IMG/VR virus record: IMGVR_UViG_3300030329_002967
Span: 6,710-70,709 of that record
DNA: 64,000 nt
Reading direction: 5' to 3' (one strand)
From: a virus
The notes under the pieces were generated by a model. The model saw only the letters and a program-made list of their open reading frames with translations, was not told the DNA's origin and did no database searches. The number at the start of each line of letters is the position of its first letter. Within the stretch, counting starts at the first letter, position 1. Positions 1 to 10,171 of the stretch are shown here, one piece after another. Both the position numbers and the translations under genes were made by a program.

Positions 1-7
1 GAGAAAA

Positions 8-1042
8 TTATACAAACTTAGATGTATAGATTTCATTATCTTCTCCTAACACCATTTCCTTTACTTGCTCCAAGTTAAGGTCATCTGGATCATCTATACC
101 TTCTGGATAAAGGCACATATAAACTGGTACATGAGGCAACAACATATCTAACGCCCCTCCTCCACGAAATGCCCTACCAAACATACCTACCTCCCCTGCA
201 TCATCATTGTCGTACAGCATATAAACTGGATTATCCAGATCCACAATACTGTCTCTTTGCGCCTCGCTCATACTACTCCCCATAGTAGCAACAGGATTAC
301 AAAACTCCCTTACACCTAATGAAACCATATGCGCTAAAGCAAACAAACCCTCGACAACTAAGATAGGCTTCCTATCTGGATTACCCTCACTCCAAGGAAT
401 AAGATGCTCCCCAAGTAAGAGGCAACTCTTTTTAAGGCCAGCGTAATCCTTAACCTTAGGTTTTAGATCATCATATATAGCCCTTCCAGTAAACCCATAC
501 AAAGAAGAATCTATACCTCTAACAGGAAACATAATCCTCTTATCCTCTTTATCATATCGTAGCCCTAACTGCTCAGCCGCATCTAAAGTAATTCCTCTAC
601 ATTCAAGATAATTACACGCTTCACTAAACTCATGCACCCTAGGGTATATCCTATACAAAACCTTCTCAGTATCCTCGTCTATAGACGTTAAATAATCAGA
701 CTCTCGTTCCTCAAACTCAAATTCGCCGAAAGTATTAGGAACCTCGTCCGTCCACGCCCTAACTATAAGATCAGAATAATTCTCACCTCTAATTATACCT
801 AAAGAGCTTAAAAATATAGTAAGATTTCCATGCCGTTTACAGGTAAAGCAATTAAACCCAGAATACCCCTCAGGATTAATCTTAAACGAAAATGAAGGTC
901 TGCTATCTGTACCACTTATATGATCAGTTGACGCAAAAGGGCAACGGCATACGAGCCACTCACTGCGGCTAGGCGATCCCGTCTTATCTACTACTGGTAT
1001 CCCTAACTCAGCCAACAATTCCCTAAGCTTAGCCTCAGTCAT
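8..1042 (-). CDS. DNA primase (DnaG-type, Zn-binding + TOPRIM)
   Basis: N-terminal CPF..H..D.RPSF / CFTC zinc knuckle; RIMFP..GFTGR; LVVEG; YDNDDAG TOPRIM motifs. Confidence 0.93.
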   Translation of the reverse strand: MTEAKLRELLAELGIPVVDKTGSPSRSEWLVCRCPFASTDHISGTDSRPSFSFKINPEGYSGFNCFTCKRHGNLTIFLSSLGIIRGENYSDLIVRAWTDEVPNTFGEFEFEERESDYLTSIDEDTEKVLYRIYPRVHEFSEACNYLECRGITLDAAEQLGLRYDKEDKRIMFPVRGIDSSLYGFTGRAIYDDLKPKVKDYAGLKKSCLLLGEHLIPWSEGNPDRKPILVVEGLFALAHMVSLGVREFCNPVATMGSSMSEAQRDSIVDLDNPVYMLYDNDDAGEVGMFGRAFRGGGALDMLLPHVPVYMCLYPEGIDDPDDLNLEQVKEMVLGEDNEIYTSKFV

Positions 1043-1512
1043 TTTTCTCCCCCCTCACATATAAGCTCTGTCTCCCTTAAATAAATACCACTAATGTACT
1101 TATCGGAAGGACAGGACGCTAAAGCTATAGGGCTTATCTTTTTGTGCATCCTCCATATAGCACAACCAGCGCAACAGGATACAAAAGGAATACATGGCCC
1201 CACAATAGGCTTAGCCCCCTCTTCCTCTTTAGTATAATAAAACCTTCCTATAAACCTAGCCTTACGCCCTTCCTTACAATAAGGCACTAAATCAGCCAGC
1301 ATATCCCTAACAGCATCATCACCATAAGTTTGATTTAAATTATCTGACCCTAATGACTCCTTCTTTAACAAATCCCATAAGTCACTCTTATCTTTTTCAG
1401 AAAAAGAATCATCAAATAATCCGCTTACAGCGACTACAAGACTAGCTAGAGCCTTTTGAAGCTCTTCTGGTAAATCATGTAGCTCTTCTGGTAAATCAGA
1501 ATCGTCTAACAT
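1039..1512 (-). CDS. hypothetical protein
   Basis: ORF coupled to both neighbours; Cys cluster CCAGC. Confidence 0.6.
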   Translation of the reverse strand: MLDDSDLPEELHDLPEELQKALASLVVAVSGLFDDSFSEKDKSDLWDLLKKESLGSDNLNQTYGDDAVRDMLADLVPYCKEGRKARFIGRFYYTKEEEGAKPIVGPCIPFVSCCAGCAIWRMHKKISPIALASCPSDKYISGIYLRETELICEGGEK

Positions 1513-1922
1513 TACTTCTTAGGCTTAACAACCACGTTCTCAGTAAGATTCTTAACCTCAGAACAACGGGTAGCTACCTCTGTTCCTGCCACTCCCACTA
1601 CACTGGACTTTGTAGCAGATACGCACTCCATAAAATCCTTATCGTTAACCAGCTTCCTAAGTTGATGGACATCAACAACTGTTCTCGTAGGAGTCTGAAA
1701 TGATGCCTCAAGAATTACCCTTCCCGTAGAGCATCTAGTATCAAAAACCTGAGAATCAAGCTGTTGCTCCTTCATCAAAGAATAAAGCTTTTTACGAGCC
1801 TCAGTAGCCTTACGGGTAGCTTTATTAGCTTGTTGGTTTCTCTCATAGAACTCGACCGTAAGCTCTTCAAGTTCGGCTTCTATATCTCTTTTAACTCTCT
1901 GTCTATTAAGTTTATTACTCAT
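1512..1922 (-). CDS. hypothetical protein; start re-called at 1922 (MSNKLN)
   Basis: The track's extra N-terminus is the translated promoter repeat; ATG lies 6 nt downstream of TATAAT. Confidence 0.65.
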   Translation of the reverse strand: MSNKLNRQRVKRDIEAELEELTVEFYERNQQANKATRKATEARKKLYSLMKEQQLDSQVFDTRCSTGRVILEASFQTPTRTVVDVHQLRKLVNDKDFMECVSATKSSVVGVAGTEVATRCSEVKNLTENVVVKPKK

Positions 1923-1928
1923 AATTTT

Positions 1929-1957
1929 ATTATAACACAGTTTAAAACCTTTGTCAA
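1929..1957 (-). promoter_or_regulatory. sigma70-type promoter repeat (TTGACA-17-TATAAT)
   Basis: Minus strand reads TTGACAaaggttttaaactgtgtTATAAT, same family as the early-region copies. Confidence 0.85.
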
Positions 1958-1966
1958 CTAAATATA

Positions 1967-4849
1967 TCAACTATTTGAACGCTGTTCAAACCAACTAGGC
2001 TTAACTGCCTCCTCAACCTCTATCTCGTCCATATCTCCTAGATTACTTCCCACGCTAACATCAGCAATCATAGGAAAGGGTGACTCGATTCCAAACCACT
2101 CCATAAGAGGTGGATTCTCCATATAATACTTAACCGATTCAGCCGCTTCCTGTACTCTATCCTCCTTAACCGCAAGTACGACTGCATCATGTATGAACAT
2201 CAGAGGGCGCATCAAATCAGTAGGCGCATCCCTAGATAACCTTATAAGAGATATAAGCCCCAAATCACTAGCAAACCTCTGAACAGTAGAGTTTATAGCC
2301 TGTCTTTCTGAGTTTCCCTGTATACCTTCATCAAAAGACAGGATATTCGGTAACCGCCTTAAAGCTCCATGCAGTCCTCTAACATAACCATTACGCCTAA
2401 CTTCCCTTTTCCTATCCCTATGCCATTTACTAAGTGCTGGATATTTCGTAAAGAACTCCTCTCTAGTAGATTTAGCTTCTTCATCGCTATACTCAATCCC
2501 ATACTCTGTCTTAGCGTATACTTTGAATCCCTTCCACCACATACCGTACAGATAACCAAAAGCTACACTTTTAGCTTGGAACCTCTTAAGATCACAATAA
2601 TCCTTAACAGTTATATGGCTTCTCTCATCAGCAGTTAAAGACCTCAAATATTTATCTGAATTAGGCCAGTCCTCATAACATTCAGTCAAAAGCGTTCTAT
2701 CGCTTCTGCCAGCCAGAAAATCACTTTCGGAAACGCCCATGATAGCCGCCGCTGTAGCAGAATGGATATCCCCACGCTCCCTATATATACGAATCATATT
2801 ATGCTCGTTAGCCTCCCAAGCCGCTACACGAAGCTCAACCTGAGAATAATCCGCTTCCATAAACACATACCCCTCAGGAGGGACAAAGACCTTTCTAAAA
2901 GACTTAGCCATATCACCACGCTTAGGGATATTCTGTAAGTTAGGGTCACTACTCGCAGTCCTTCCAGTAACAGTTCTATGTAAATGAAAACTAGAATGAA
3001 TTACTGGATTCTCTTGTATATATCTCCAAAACCCAGACGGCTCACTAGTCATAACCTCATAGACATTTCCGCACTCATCAACCCTCAGACACTTCCCAGC
3101 CGTATACGGGACATCAGTCAAATCCATATACGGCCTCCTGAGCCTCTTTAGATTAGTGATAGAGCAGTAAGAAATCCCTGCAACGTCCAACGCACTTTTA
3201 ACCCTGCTAGGCAACGCTCCCGACTTCAGCCTCTTAACGGGAATAACTACCTCAGAACCCTCACTCCCTACATAAGTAGACCTCATCTTAGCCAACTTAA
3301 AATATTGAGTTAATTTACGAACAAAAGGTATATGCTCAAAATAAGGTAAATGCCCTTTAGCCGACGTACTAGGAACCTTCTCCCCATCGGGCAAATTTTT
3401 AGTAGCCTTAGTAAACATAATTGGCTCCAGCCTATTGCCCTCAGAATCACGAATACCCTCTTCGCCAAATAAAATATCTACCACAAACTTCTGCCTTGTA
3501 AAAGACCAAGCCCCAATATGCTTACGCAATACGGGTGCTGGAACCTCTTCTATTAACTCGTCATACATCTCTTTCTCCCTATTGGTCAACTCCTGCTCCA
3601 GTCTACGCAAAGAATCTACATCAATATTGATCCCCTCCTGCTCCATCTTTAGGAAAGCTCTTAAGCTAGGCATTTGAACCTTAAGAAAGCAATTCCATTG
3701 CTCCTCATCCTCCTTAGCAATAGGAAGGAGTGCATTAGCTAATCTATAAGTAGCATCCGTATCTCCTCCTGCGTACTCCAGCATTTTATTAAATGGAACA
3801 TCCTGCATACGAGACTTATTAGTAGTCTTATTAAAATCATCTGCATACCCAGCCATAGACGGAACCCATCTTCTAACACAATCGTCTAAGGACTTACTCA
3901 TCATATTCTCATCCGCAACAAAAGCTAACTGCATAGTGTCGGCATACCAATTAGCTACCTCTATATCCAAGGTATTAAGAGCATGAATATCGAACTTAAG
4001 GTTATGCCCTGCTACTGCTATATCCATAGCTAATAACTCTTTAAGCTGACCTATTAACCTATCTCTATCATCTACGGTATAGCTAGAAAACCAACTAGGA
4101 GTATCTTCAGAACTAAGCGATGAGTCCCTCACATAATCAACATCAAGTGGAATAACTACAGCCGTTCCTTTTTTGGTAGTAATACTAACCGTTAATACAC
4201 GAAAGGTGCTAGAGTAGTGATCCACCCCAACAGTCTCACAATCCAATGCTAGTGACTTAGGAGGATCATCAATAATATACTGAATATCAGAACACCAAGA
4301 ATACCCCTCTGAATAATCCCTCCTTCCATACTCATCTAAATCCCAGCCCTTATCCTGTAAATCTTTAATCTGCCTAAAATCAGATTCATATATCTCTTTA
4401 AGCTCAGGTCTACGCAAAACATGATAAGGAGCCAATAAAGGTAAAACAGGTATATCTCCTGTAGAAAGGGATGTAATAAATGTGCCTCTAGCCTTCGTTA
4501 TCTGAACAGATTTTCCGGCCAACTGTCTATTACCTATCTTGCCTAGCGGCAAAATAACCTTAGCCCCCTCAAGCAAGGGCTGTAGCTCCTGTAAAAAACC
4601 CTCTCTATACTCAGATACAAAATTACCTATTCTGCTCTCACTACCATCTAAATCTATACTTATAGGGGGGCAGGGAGTAATGAACGTAAACCTCTCAGGC
4701 CCAAACCCACAAATCTTAGCCTGACGAAGAAACAACTTCATAGCAACATCAGTCATAACCCCTCCAGACCTAAATACACTCTCAGGAATAGCATCAGTGA
4801 TTACCACTATGTCTCCAATAGATCCCTCAACTACATTAATACTGCTCAT
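1967..4849 (-). CDS. polA: family A DNA polymerase with 3'-5' exonuclease and N-terminal degenerate uracil-DNA-glycosylase-like domain
   Basis: Exo I LDCET, Exo II GHNLKFD, Exo III YAGGD; TVTGRTASSDPNLQNIP; motif A DYSQVELR; motif B RFQAKSVAFGYLYG; motif C IHD; N-terminal ~165 aa follow the family-4 UDG pattern (LG..., ITKARG, P.....P..LR). Confidence 0.95.
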   Translation of the reverse strand: MSSINVVEGSIGDIVVITDAIPESVFRSGGVMTDVAMKLFLRQAKICGFGPERFTFITPCPPISIDLDGSESRIGNFVSEYREGFLQELQPLLEGAKVILPLGKIGNRQLAGKSVQITKARGTFITSLSTGDIPVLPLLAPYHVLRRPELKEIYESDFRQIKDLQDKGWDLDEYGRRDYSEGYSWCSDIQYIIDDPPKSLALDCETVGVDHYSSTFRVLTVSITTKKGTAVVIPLDVDYVRDSSLSSEDTPSWFSSYTVDDRDRLIGQLKELLAMDIAVAGHNLKFDIHALNTLDIEVANWYADTMQLAFVADENMMSKSLDDCVRRWVPSMAGYADDFNKTTNKSRMQDVPFNKMLEYAGGDTDATYRLANALLPIAKEDEEQWNCFLKVQMPSLRAFLKMEQEGINIDVDSLRRLEQELTNREKEMYDELIEEVPAPVLRKHIGAWSFTRQKFVVDILFGEEGIRDSEGNRLEPIMFTKATKNLPDGEKVPSTSAKGHLPYFEHIPFVRKLTQYFKLAKMRSTYVGSEGSEVVIPVKRLKSGALPSRVKSALDVAGISYCSITNLKRLRRPYMDLTDVPYTAGKCLRVDECGNVYEVMTSEPSGFWRYIQENPVIHSSFHLHRTVTGRTASSDPNLQNIPKRGDMAKSFRKVFVPPEGYVFMEADYSQVELRVAAWEANEHNMIRIYRERGDIHSATAAAIMGVSESDFLAGRSDRTLLTECYEDWPNSDKYLRSLTADERSHITVKDYCDLKRFQAKSVAFGYLYGMWWKGFKVYAKTEYGIEYSDEEAKSTREEFFTKYPALSKWHRDRKREVRRNGYVRGLHGALRRLPNILSFDEGIQGNSERQAINSTVQRFASDLGLISLIRLSRDAPTDLMRPLMFIHDAVVLAVKEDRVQEAAESVKYYMENPPLMEWFGIESPFPMIADVSVGSNLGDMDEIEVEEAVKPSWFEQRSNS

Positions 4850-6114
4850 AAAATATAATCATTATCTGAATTAGAGTCACCCACTGTCTCGCCATCCTCA
4901 ACTAAAGGAACCTCAGATAAATCAACAGGCGTAAATGTAAAGGCCGTTGCAAATCTAGGAGAATCCCCCTCCCTATTCTTCATCACTTCAATAATCCTCT
5001 GAGTAGACTCATTAGGTGATGCTCCATCCCTCACCCCCAGTACAATGCTTGCATCCTGAGGGATAGAATCAGAGCCAGCTATATCACCTAAGTCAAAAGA
5101 CTTCTTAGATCTATTCTTCTGATTACGATTAAACTGCACACTCGCCACTACAGGGATATCATATCTTATAGCTATCTGCTTAAGCTCTCTAATAACCTCA
5201 CTGATACTCTCCCACCTACTTACATATCCCATTTTCCTACCTGACGGAGACAAGAGATATGCCGCATCGACATATACGCACGAAGGCGAAAACTCCAGTA
5301 CCATCTCTTCGATTGCGCCACAATCTTTCTTCATGTCTCCCGACAAAAGATGTACAGGGCTTCTACCTGACTCAGAGTCTATAGCTTCCATCATTCTCTG
5401 TTCTGGATGAGAGCCTACCTCACCAGCCCTAATGAAATTAGGGTTTATCCTAGTAGATCTCCCTAACCAACGCCTAGCAATCTGACGCATACTCATCTCC
5501 ATAGATATAAAAGCTATCGGATTATTTGCACGGGAAGCCGCATAAGCCATCTCCATTAATAACCATGACTTCCCCATACTCGGCCTACCAGCAATCACCA
5601 CAAGGTCACCTCCCATTAATCCACAAGTAGCCTCATCTAACGTATCCCACCCAGTAGGTATACCACGCAATCCCGGTGCATTCTTAGCTTCTAAATAATC
5701 AGAAGCCACACCTACCAACTCATCCGAAATAGTAGTAAATGAACTAGTGCCTATTGCCCTTCTAGCCTCCTGCAACATCTCAGACAAAACGTCTATAACG
5801 CCATCGGTATCCCTATTACGCATAGACTCAACCAACCTAGGATGCCTCTCATTCACCTCAGAGTAAGCAAACCTCTTCCTCAATAAGTCATAATAATAAT
5901 CGGGAGACGAAGACTGCCTAAGGGTAGAAAGCGGATGCCCAGCGGATGCCACCTCATCAGCAGTAGGCAACGCTCCGTAAGTATCTAAATGGTTCTTTAC
6001 ATAAAGAAGTGCTGGAACCTCTTCTTCCAAGAAGAACTCAGTAGATGACTTTCTTATAATAGACTCATTTGAGTGTTCAATACAGGCTCGTAATAATTTT
6101 AATCCTACAGACAT
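4846..6114 (-). CDS. DnaB-like replicative helicase
   Basis: GIPTGW..LD; Walker A AGRPSMGKS; ISMEM; VYVD; QFNR; GSDSIPQDA; KNREG. Confidence 0.95.
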   Translation of the reverse strand: MSVGLKLLRACIEHSNESIIRKSSTEFFLEEEVPALLYVKNHLDTYGALPTADEVASAGHPLSTLRQSSSPDYYYDLLRKRFAYSEVNERHPRLVESMRNRDTDGVIDVLSEMLQEARRAIGTSSFTTISDELVGVASDYLEAKNAPGLRGIPTGWDTLDEATCGLMGGDLVVIAGRPSMGKSWLLMEMAYAASRANNPIAFISMEMSMRQIARRWLGRSTRINPNFIRAGEVGSHPEQRMMEAIDSESGRSPVHLLSGDMKKDCGAIEEMVLEFSPSCVYVDAAYLLSPSGRKMGYVSRWESISEVIRELKQIAIRYDIPVVASVQFNRNQKNRSKKSFDLGDIAGSDSIPQDASIVLGVRDGASPNESTQRIIEVMKNREGDSPRFATAFTFTPVDLSEVPLVEDGETVGDSNSDNDYIL

Positions 6115-6141
6115 TAATTTTTATATATTAATAAACAGGCA

Positions 6142-6732
6142 TTAAACCTGTATAAACTTTTTTACAACTCGGTTTTCAATAAGACTACGGAAGCTCTGAC
6201 TAAATACGTCATCCCCTATCAGCCTCTTCTCAGTATGAATTAATAACGATTTACCTTGCATCAACCATTTAGACATCACCCATTCAAGAGTTTTTAACTG
6301 ACTATCCGAATGGCTCCCAGATTCGCAATAATTAATACCATCAACTACAAGCAGACCCTTACCCTGTAACTCCTCCCACATATCATCATTAAGGTTAGGA
6401 GGCATAAGTTCAAGCGCATGAACACACTTAACCGACACACCTTTTAGGACTGCCGCCCTAGCTATCAAATAAAACACCTTCATCATATCAGAATCAGAAG
6501 TATAGACTAATTCAACTACTGAAGACTTAGTGCTTAAACCTGCCAATCCCCCTTCTTCGATCCAATCCAACGCCTCAACGCAATGATTAAATACACTAGA
6601 ATCCTTATCCCATCTTGAAAGTGATTCATCACTTGTATGTAAAAATGACGGTATCCCAGCTAACGCAAAAGATTTTTTAATATCATTAGATTTCAATACC
6701 TGACTCGAACTCGCCGAAAGATCCTTCTTCAT
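6142..6732 (-). CDS. possible degenerate DnaC/IstB-like helicase loader
   Basis: Sits between initiator and helicase; AGIP..F start and LLVVD Walker-B-like strand, but no Walker A. Confidence 0.4.
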   Translation of the reverse strand: MKKDLSASSSQVLKSNDIKKSFALAGIPSFLHTSDESLSRWDKDSSVFNHCVEALDWIEEGGLAGLSTKSSVVELVYTSDSDMMKVFYLIARAAVLKGVSVKCVHALELMPPNLNDDMWEELQGKGLLVVDGINYCESGSHSDSQLKTLEWVMSKWLMQGKSLLIHTEKRLIGDDVFSQSFRSLIENRVVKKFIQV

Positions 6733-8020
6733 TATTTATAGCCCTTTTATTTCTTTTCTCTTCTTGTCTACTCATAAACTCCTCAACACTTATTCCAGCC
6801 TTGAGAGCTTCGTTTTCAAGCTTAACTCTTAATTTCTCTAATAACTCCCTTTCTCTCCTCAACTCATCCTTAATATCCTTATAACCAGTTTCACGCTTAG
6901 CTATACCCTCAGCTTTTTCGTGATCCATCCCTCTCTCTATAAGCCTCTCATACTTTCTCTCCCACTCATCAAGGCTACGCCAACGCTTCACCTTCTCCTG
7001 CTCATTATAGGCATCCTCTATCTTATGCCTTATCTTAGAGTTCACCATAATATTAATACTAGGAGAATCTGGATAATCGCTCATCCAATAAAAGCACAAC
7101 TCTTTTAAAGCCTTCCAATTCTCAAATACCCAACGTAAGTAATCCAAAAACTCACCTTCGTCCCTAGACTTAGTCCACTCCACCGCATATTTATGTAGTA
7201 TAGACAAACTAGCTTTAGCAACAGGAGGCAACTTTCCCTTAGGGTAGTTATCAGTAAACAAACTTCTCCATATCTCAGGCAACGATGATCGAGAAGGCAC
7301 GAACCCTGACTTCTCTCCATTTGCACGGCGTTCATATTTACCTTTAGCCCTCAACCTATCTAATCGTTGTGCGCTTTTTTTAGTTCGCAACCGAATAGCC
7401 TTCTCCATCTCGATAAGAGCATCCCCTATCTTATCCGCACCGTCAGGTGCGACTGTTGGAGAATTTTCTCTATTATTATTTATCTCTCTTTGTTGTTCCA
7501 CTATTGGTACACTTTCACTGTCCCACTTTTGTACCACCTCCTGTTCCACTTTTGGTACAGTTTTATTTTGCTTAAGTCTCTTAGGTATCTTCATTTTTGG
7601 ATTCCAATCTAAGTTAAGGCAGTATTTATATGAGTTTCCAGTCCTCTCTCTGAGGATTGCTCCTCTCTCAATAAGATTCGCAACCACTCCAGATACATAT
7701 CCTCTATTAGTAGATATAGGGGAGGCATAGCACTTTTCATCTGACCACACGCCTTTACAGAAGTGCTTTCCCGTAATCCTCTCCCACTTTTTACCCCATC
7801 CCACTGTCCTATCATATATAAAAAGAACTGTTCGGAACTCTAGGTTACTAAGTGAGTTTCCCCACTCTCTAAGGATAAGTCTAAGTACGTCTTTGGAAAA
7901 CTCCCAACTACGATATTCGCCCTCTTTCACTAAGTTAAACCCTATTTTCGTGATAACTCTTAAGAACTTTATCTTTCCTATACTCGTATAACGTCTTATA
8001 AGGTAATCCGCATCTCCCAC
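6686..8020 (-). CDS. replication initiator, lambda O-like N-terminal HTH (true start may be ~30 codons downstream)
   Basis: LSNLEFRTVLFIYDRTVGWGKKWERI matches the phage O/replisome-organiser pattern; internal iteron-like repeats. Confidence 0.7.
   Translation of the reverse strand: MGDADYLIRRYTSIGKIKFLRVITKIGFNLVKEGEYRSWEFSKDVLRLILREWGNSLSNLEFRTVLFIYDRTVGWGKKWERITGKHFCKGVWSDEKCYASPISTNRGYVSGVVANLIERGAILRERTGNSYKYCLNLDWNPKMKIPKRLKQNKTVPKVEQEVVQKWDSESVPIVEQQREINNNRENSPTVAPDGADKIGDALIEMEKAIRLRTKKSAQRLDRLRAKGKYERRANGEKSGFVPSRSSLPEIWRSLFTDNYPKGKLPPVAKASLSILHKYAVEWTKSRDEGEFLDYLRWVFENWKALKELCFYWMSDYPDSPSINIMVNSKIRHKIEDAYNEQEKVKRWRSLDEWERKYERLIERGMDHEKAEGIAKRETGYKDIKDELRRERELLEKLRVKLENEALKAGISVEEFMSRQEEKRNKRAINNEEGSFGEFESGIEI
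7494..7559. repeat. three iteron-like direct repeats (TGT(T/C)CCACT(A/T)TT(G)GTAC) beside an AT-rich tract; probable replication origin
   Basis: Copies start at 7494, 7519 and 7542, inside the initiator gene; AT-rich run at ~7462-7492. Confidence 0.6.
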
Positions 8021-8232
8021 ATCTTCTAGATAGCAAGCGGCTTATACCACCTTTATTTTCTAAACTACCATAGTCCATCCATTTATGGGTTAGGTAGCCA
8101 TCGGCACAAGGGAATAATCTTTTCCCTTCATCGTTGTATGTTTTCTTTGACAGTATCATTATATTATATTAGTTAATGTTATTATTTTGATACAATTACT
8201 CATTAAATCCTAATTCTAATGAGTCTCTTGCC

Positions 8233-8266
8233 TGAGGGTAGTGGGGATAAAACCCTACTACCCTCA
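8233..8266. terminator. GC-rich hairpin between the AAA operon and the replication genes
   Basis: TGAGGGTAGT(G)GGG-ataaa-aCCCTACTACCCTCA inverted repeat. Confidence 0.55.
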
Positions 8267-8280
8267 TATTATTAATAGTC

Positions 8281-8673
8281 TTAGGTACTTAATAATTTTT
8301 TACCACTTCTCGTATATAAGTCCTCTATTCCTTTAGGAATCCAAAATGGTATCCTACGTCCTTTAGTAAGCGATTGGATTACTAAAATTTCCGTCTCTAC
8401 TGCATCATCGTAATCCTCAAAATAAGCAATCTCCTCACCTTCGGGTAGCTTTGTATGAGGCAGTACACTATCCATAATAAATTTAGTAGTCCAACGCTTA
8501 TCCGAATCAGCCCATCTAATATACCATTCTTGGTAATCCTCATCCCACTCGATTAGGGTGACTCGCTTTACTTTAGCCTTTCCAAACTTAGTAAGATCCA
8601 CTCCCCTACCTTTTTTATGCTTAAGCCCGAACAGAGATCCGTCGGGCCTTACTGTAATTAATTGCTTAGCCAT
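8281..8673 (-). CDS. conserved hypothetical, fourth member of the AAA/DUF1257/DUF2997 operon
   Basis: ITVRPDG...G.A.V.R...IEWD...W...F..Y..A...E pattern; coupled to the DUF2997 gene. Confidence 0.6.
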   Translation of the reverse strand: MAKQLITVRPDGSLFGLKHKKGRGVDLTKFGKAKVKRVTLIEWDEDYQEWYIRWADSDKRWTTKFIMDSVLPHTKLPEGEEIAYFEDYDDAVETEILVIQSLTKGRRIPFWIPKGIEDLYTRSGKKLLST

Positions 8674-8876
8674 TAAAGTCCCTCCATTTCTAATGTCTCG
8701 TCAGTATTAGTATTGTACATCTCTTCAGTCTCCTCAATCTTGGCGAGATTCTCATCCCCTCCAGTAAGAGCGTCCAGTATGGGCTTTGTAGCATCCGTAC
8801 ACGCCGACCCTGTAAATCCCTCAGCTTTAATCTTCGGAACTCCTATCTTATCAATTTCAATATATATTTTAGCCAT
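8673..8876 (-). CDS. DUF2997-family protein
   Basis: I.IDK.G...I.AEGFTGSAC.DATK.I..AL signature. Confidence 0.8.
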   Translation of the reverse strand: MAKIYIEIDKIGVPKIKAEGFTGSACTDATKPILDALTGGDENLAKIEETEEMYNTNTDETLEMEGL

Positions 8877-8893
8877 TGTCTTATTCTTATAAA

Positions 8894-9454
8894 TTAAACT
8901 TCAACCTCAATATGAACTGACCCGTCTTCGTCTGTATACTGATTCATCACTGTATATCCAGAGTCAGTAGCAGAATTTATAGCGGCATTAACTGAATACG
9001 ACTGCAACGCCTTACCCATAGAGTGTAGTATTTGATCTGTATCAGACTGCTCACCCGACCAGTGTTGAGTATCTGCCCCATCATACTTAGCTCCTAAGAA
9101 CTCTTTAATAGCCCCTTTACCCTCGGAAGATCCCTCCACACAATGACTTGCATAATCATAGTCATCAAATATAGGAACGAGATTCCCGTCCTTATTTTTA
9201 ATAAATCCAATATCATAGTACGCATCCTTAACCTTAAGGACATAATCGCACTCGTCAGGATTAGCATGGAAGACTAGGTCATCATTCTTACCTACCAAGT
9301 GCTTAGCGATTTGGTTATTGTAATACATCCTAGGGACTGCATTTCGCACCAACTCGACGTTTATACCCTGAGATATTAAGTCTTGTTCCATCTGACGCAG
9401 GGTTCTCTCGTCATCACTGATGGTGACTTTATTTACTGTTGCTGTATGGCTCAT
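8894..9454 (-). CDS. DUF1257 / Ycf35-like protein
   Basis: MSH.....I.D start, YDIGF, C-terminal Q.Y....A...GY.V....EDGS..IEV. Confidence 0.75.
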   Translation of the reverse strand: MSHTATVNKVTISDDERTLRQMEQDLISQGINVELVRNAVPRMYYNNQIAKHLVGKNDDLVFHANPDECDYVLKVKDAYYDIGFIKNKDGNLVPIFDDYDYASHCVEGSSEGKGAIKEFLGAKYDGADTQHWSGEQSDTDQILHSMGKALQSYSVNAAINSATDSGYTVMNQYTDEDGSVHIEVEV

Positions 9455-9506
9455 AGTTTTATTATATTATACCAAGGTTTTTGACAAATCAAGAAAATTA
9501 AATATT

Positions 9507-10157
9507 TTAAAGATTAATGCCTCGCCTCTTTCTTATTCTTGTTACTACTTTTCTTTTTTCTCCCGTGTCGAGGTCTACAACCTCTTTCACAATCTTTTTA
9601 TCAGCAGATAACTTCTCAGGAACTAATACATCTGAGACAATATTTAATGACTCAAAAATATTACTCCCCGACAACCTCCTAATATGCTCCCCTATAGGGG
9701 CTTCTGAAGACAACTCATTCTCCAACTCTTCAACATCTAGTATATCAAACTTACCTTTAAGGAAAGCTGAGGTATACGCCACCCTAGCCTCTTCCAGTAA
9801 TGGGATAGTAAGATGCCTAAACGCCGCATTATCCCTCACTCTGATATGGAAGTATCCTGACTTTTCCATATGCCCGTAACCTCTCCTAACATTAACCTTA
9901 ACTCTAACCAATGCCCCCTCTTCAAGGCTATAAGATGAGTCAACAAATCTACCGCATATATCGGGCTTAACGCCCGGCACTGAAGGAACAAAGGTTGGAC
10001 TCCCAACTTCCTCTATAGAGCTATTATTCGGGTTTCTAGCGGCAACATTAAGGAACTGAATACCTACTGACGGAGTTCTAGATACACTAAACGCACTTAC
10101 AGAAGCACTTTGCTTTTTTAAATTAACCTTACCTGTCCTTATACTTAATTTTATCAT
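9507..10157 (-). CDS. hypothetical protein within the AAA operon
   Basis: 216-aa ORF; basic C-terminal tail RIRKRRGINL. Confidence 0.65.
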   Translation of the reverse strand: MIKLSIRTGKVNLKKQSASVSAFSVSRTPSVGIQFLNVAARNPNNSSIEEVGSPTFVPSVPGVKPDICGRFVDSSYSLEEGALVRVKVNVRRGYGHMEKSGYFHIRVRDNAAFRHLTIPLLEEARVAYTSAFLKGKFDILDVEELENELSSEAPIGEHIRRLSGSNIFESLNIVSDVLVPEKLSADKKIVKEVVDLDTGEKRKVVTRIRKRRGINL

Positions 10158-10171
10158 ACTATTTATATTGC

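Noticed and set aside
3030-3275. Intein or intron in the polymerase insertion
   Set aside because: Frame is continuous, there is no C/S...HN splice-junction pair, and the insert is too short
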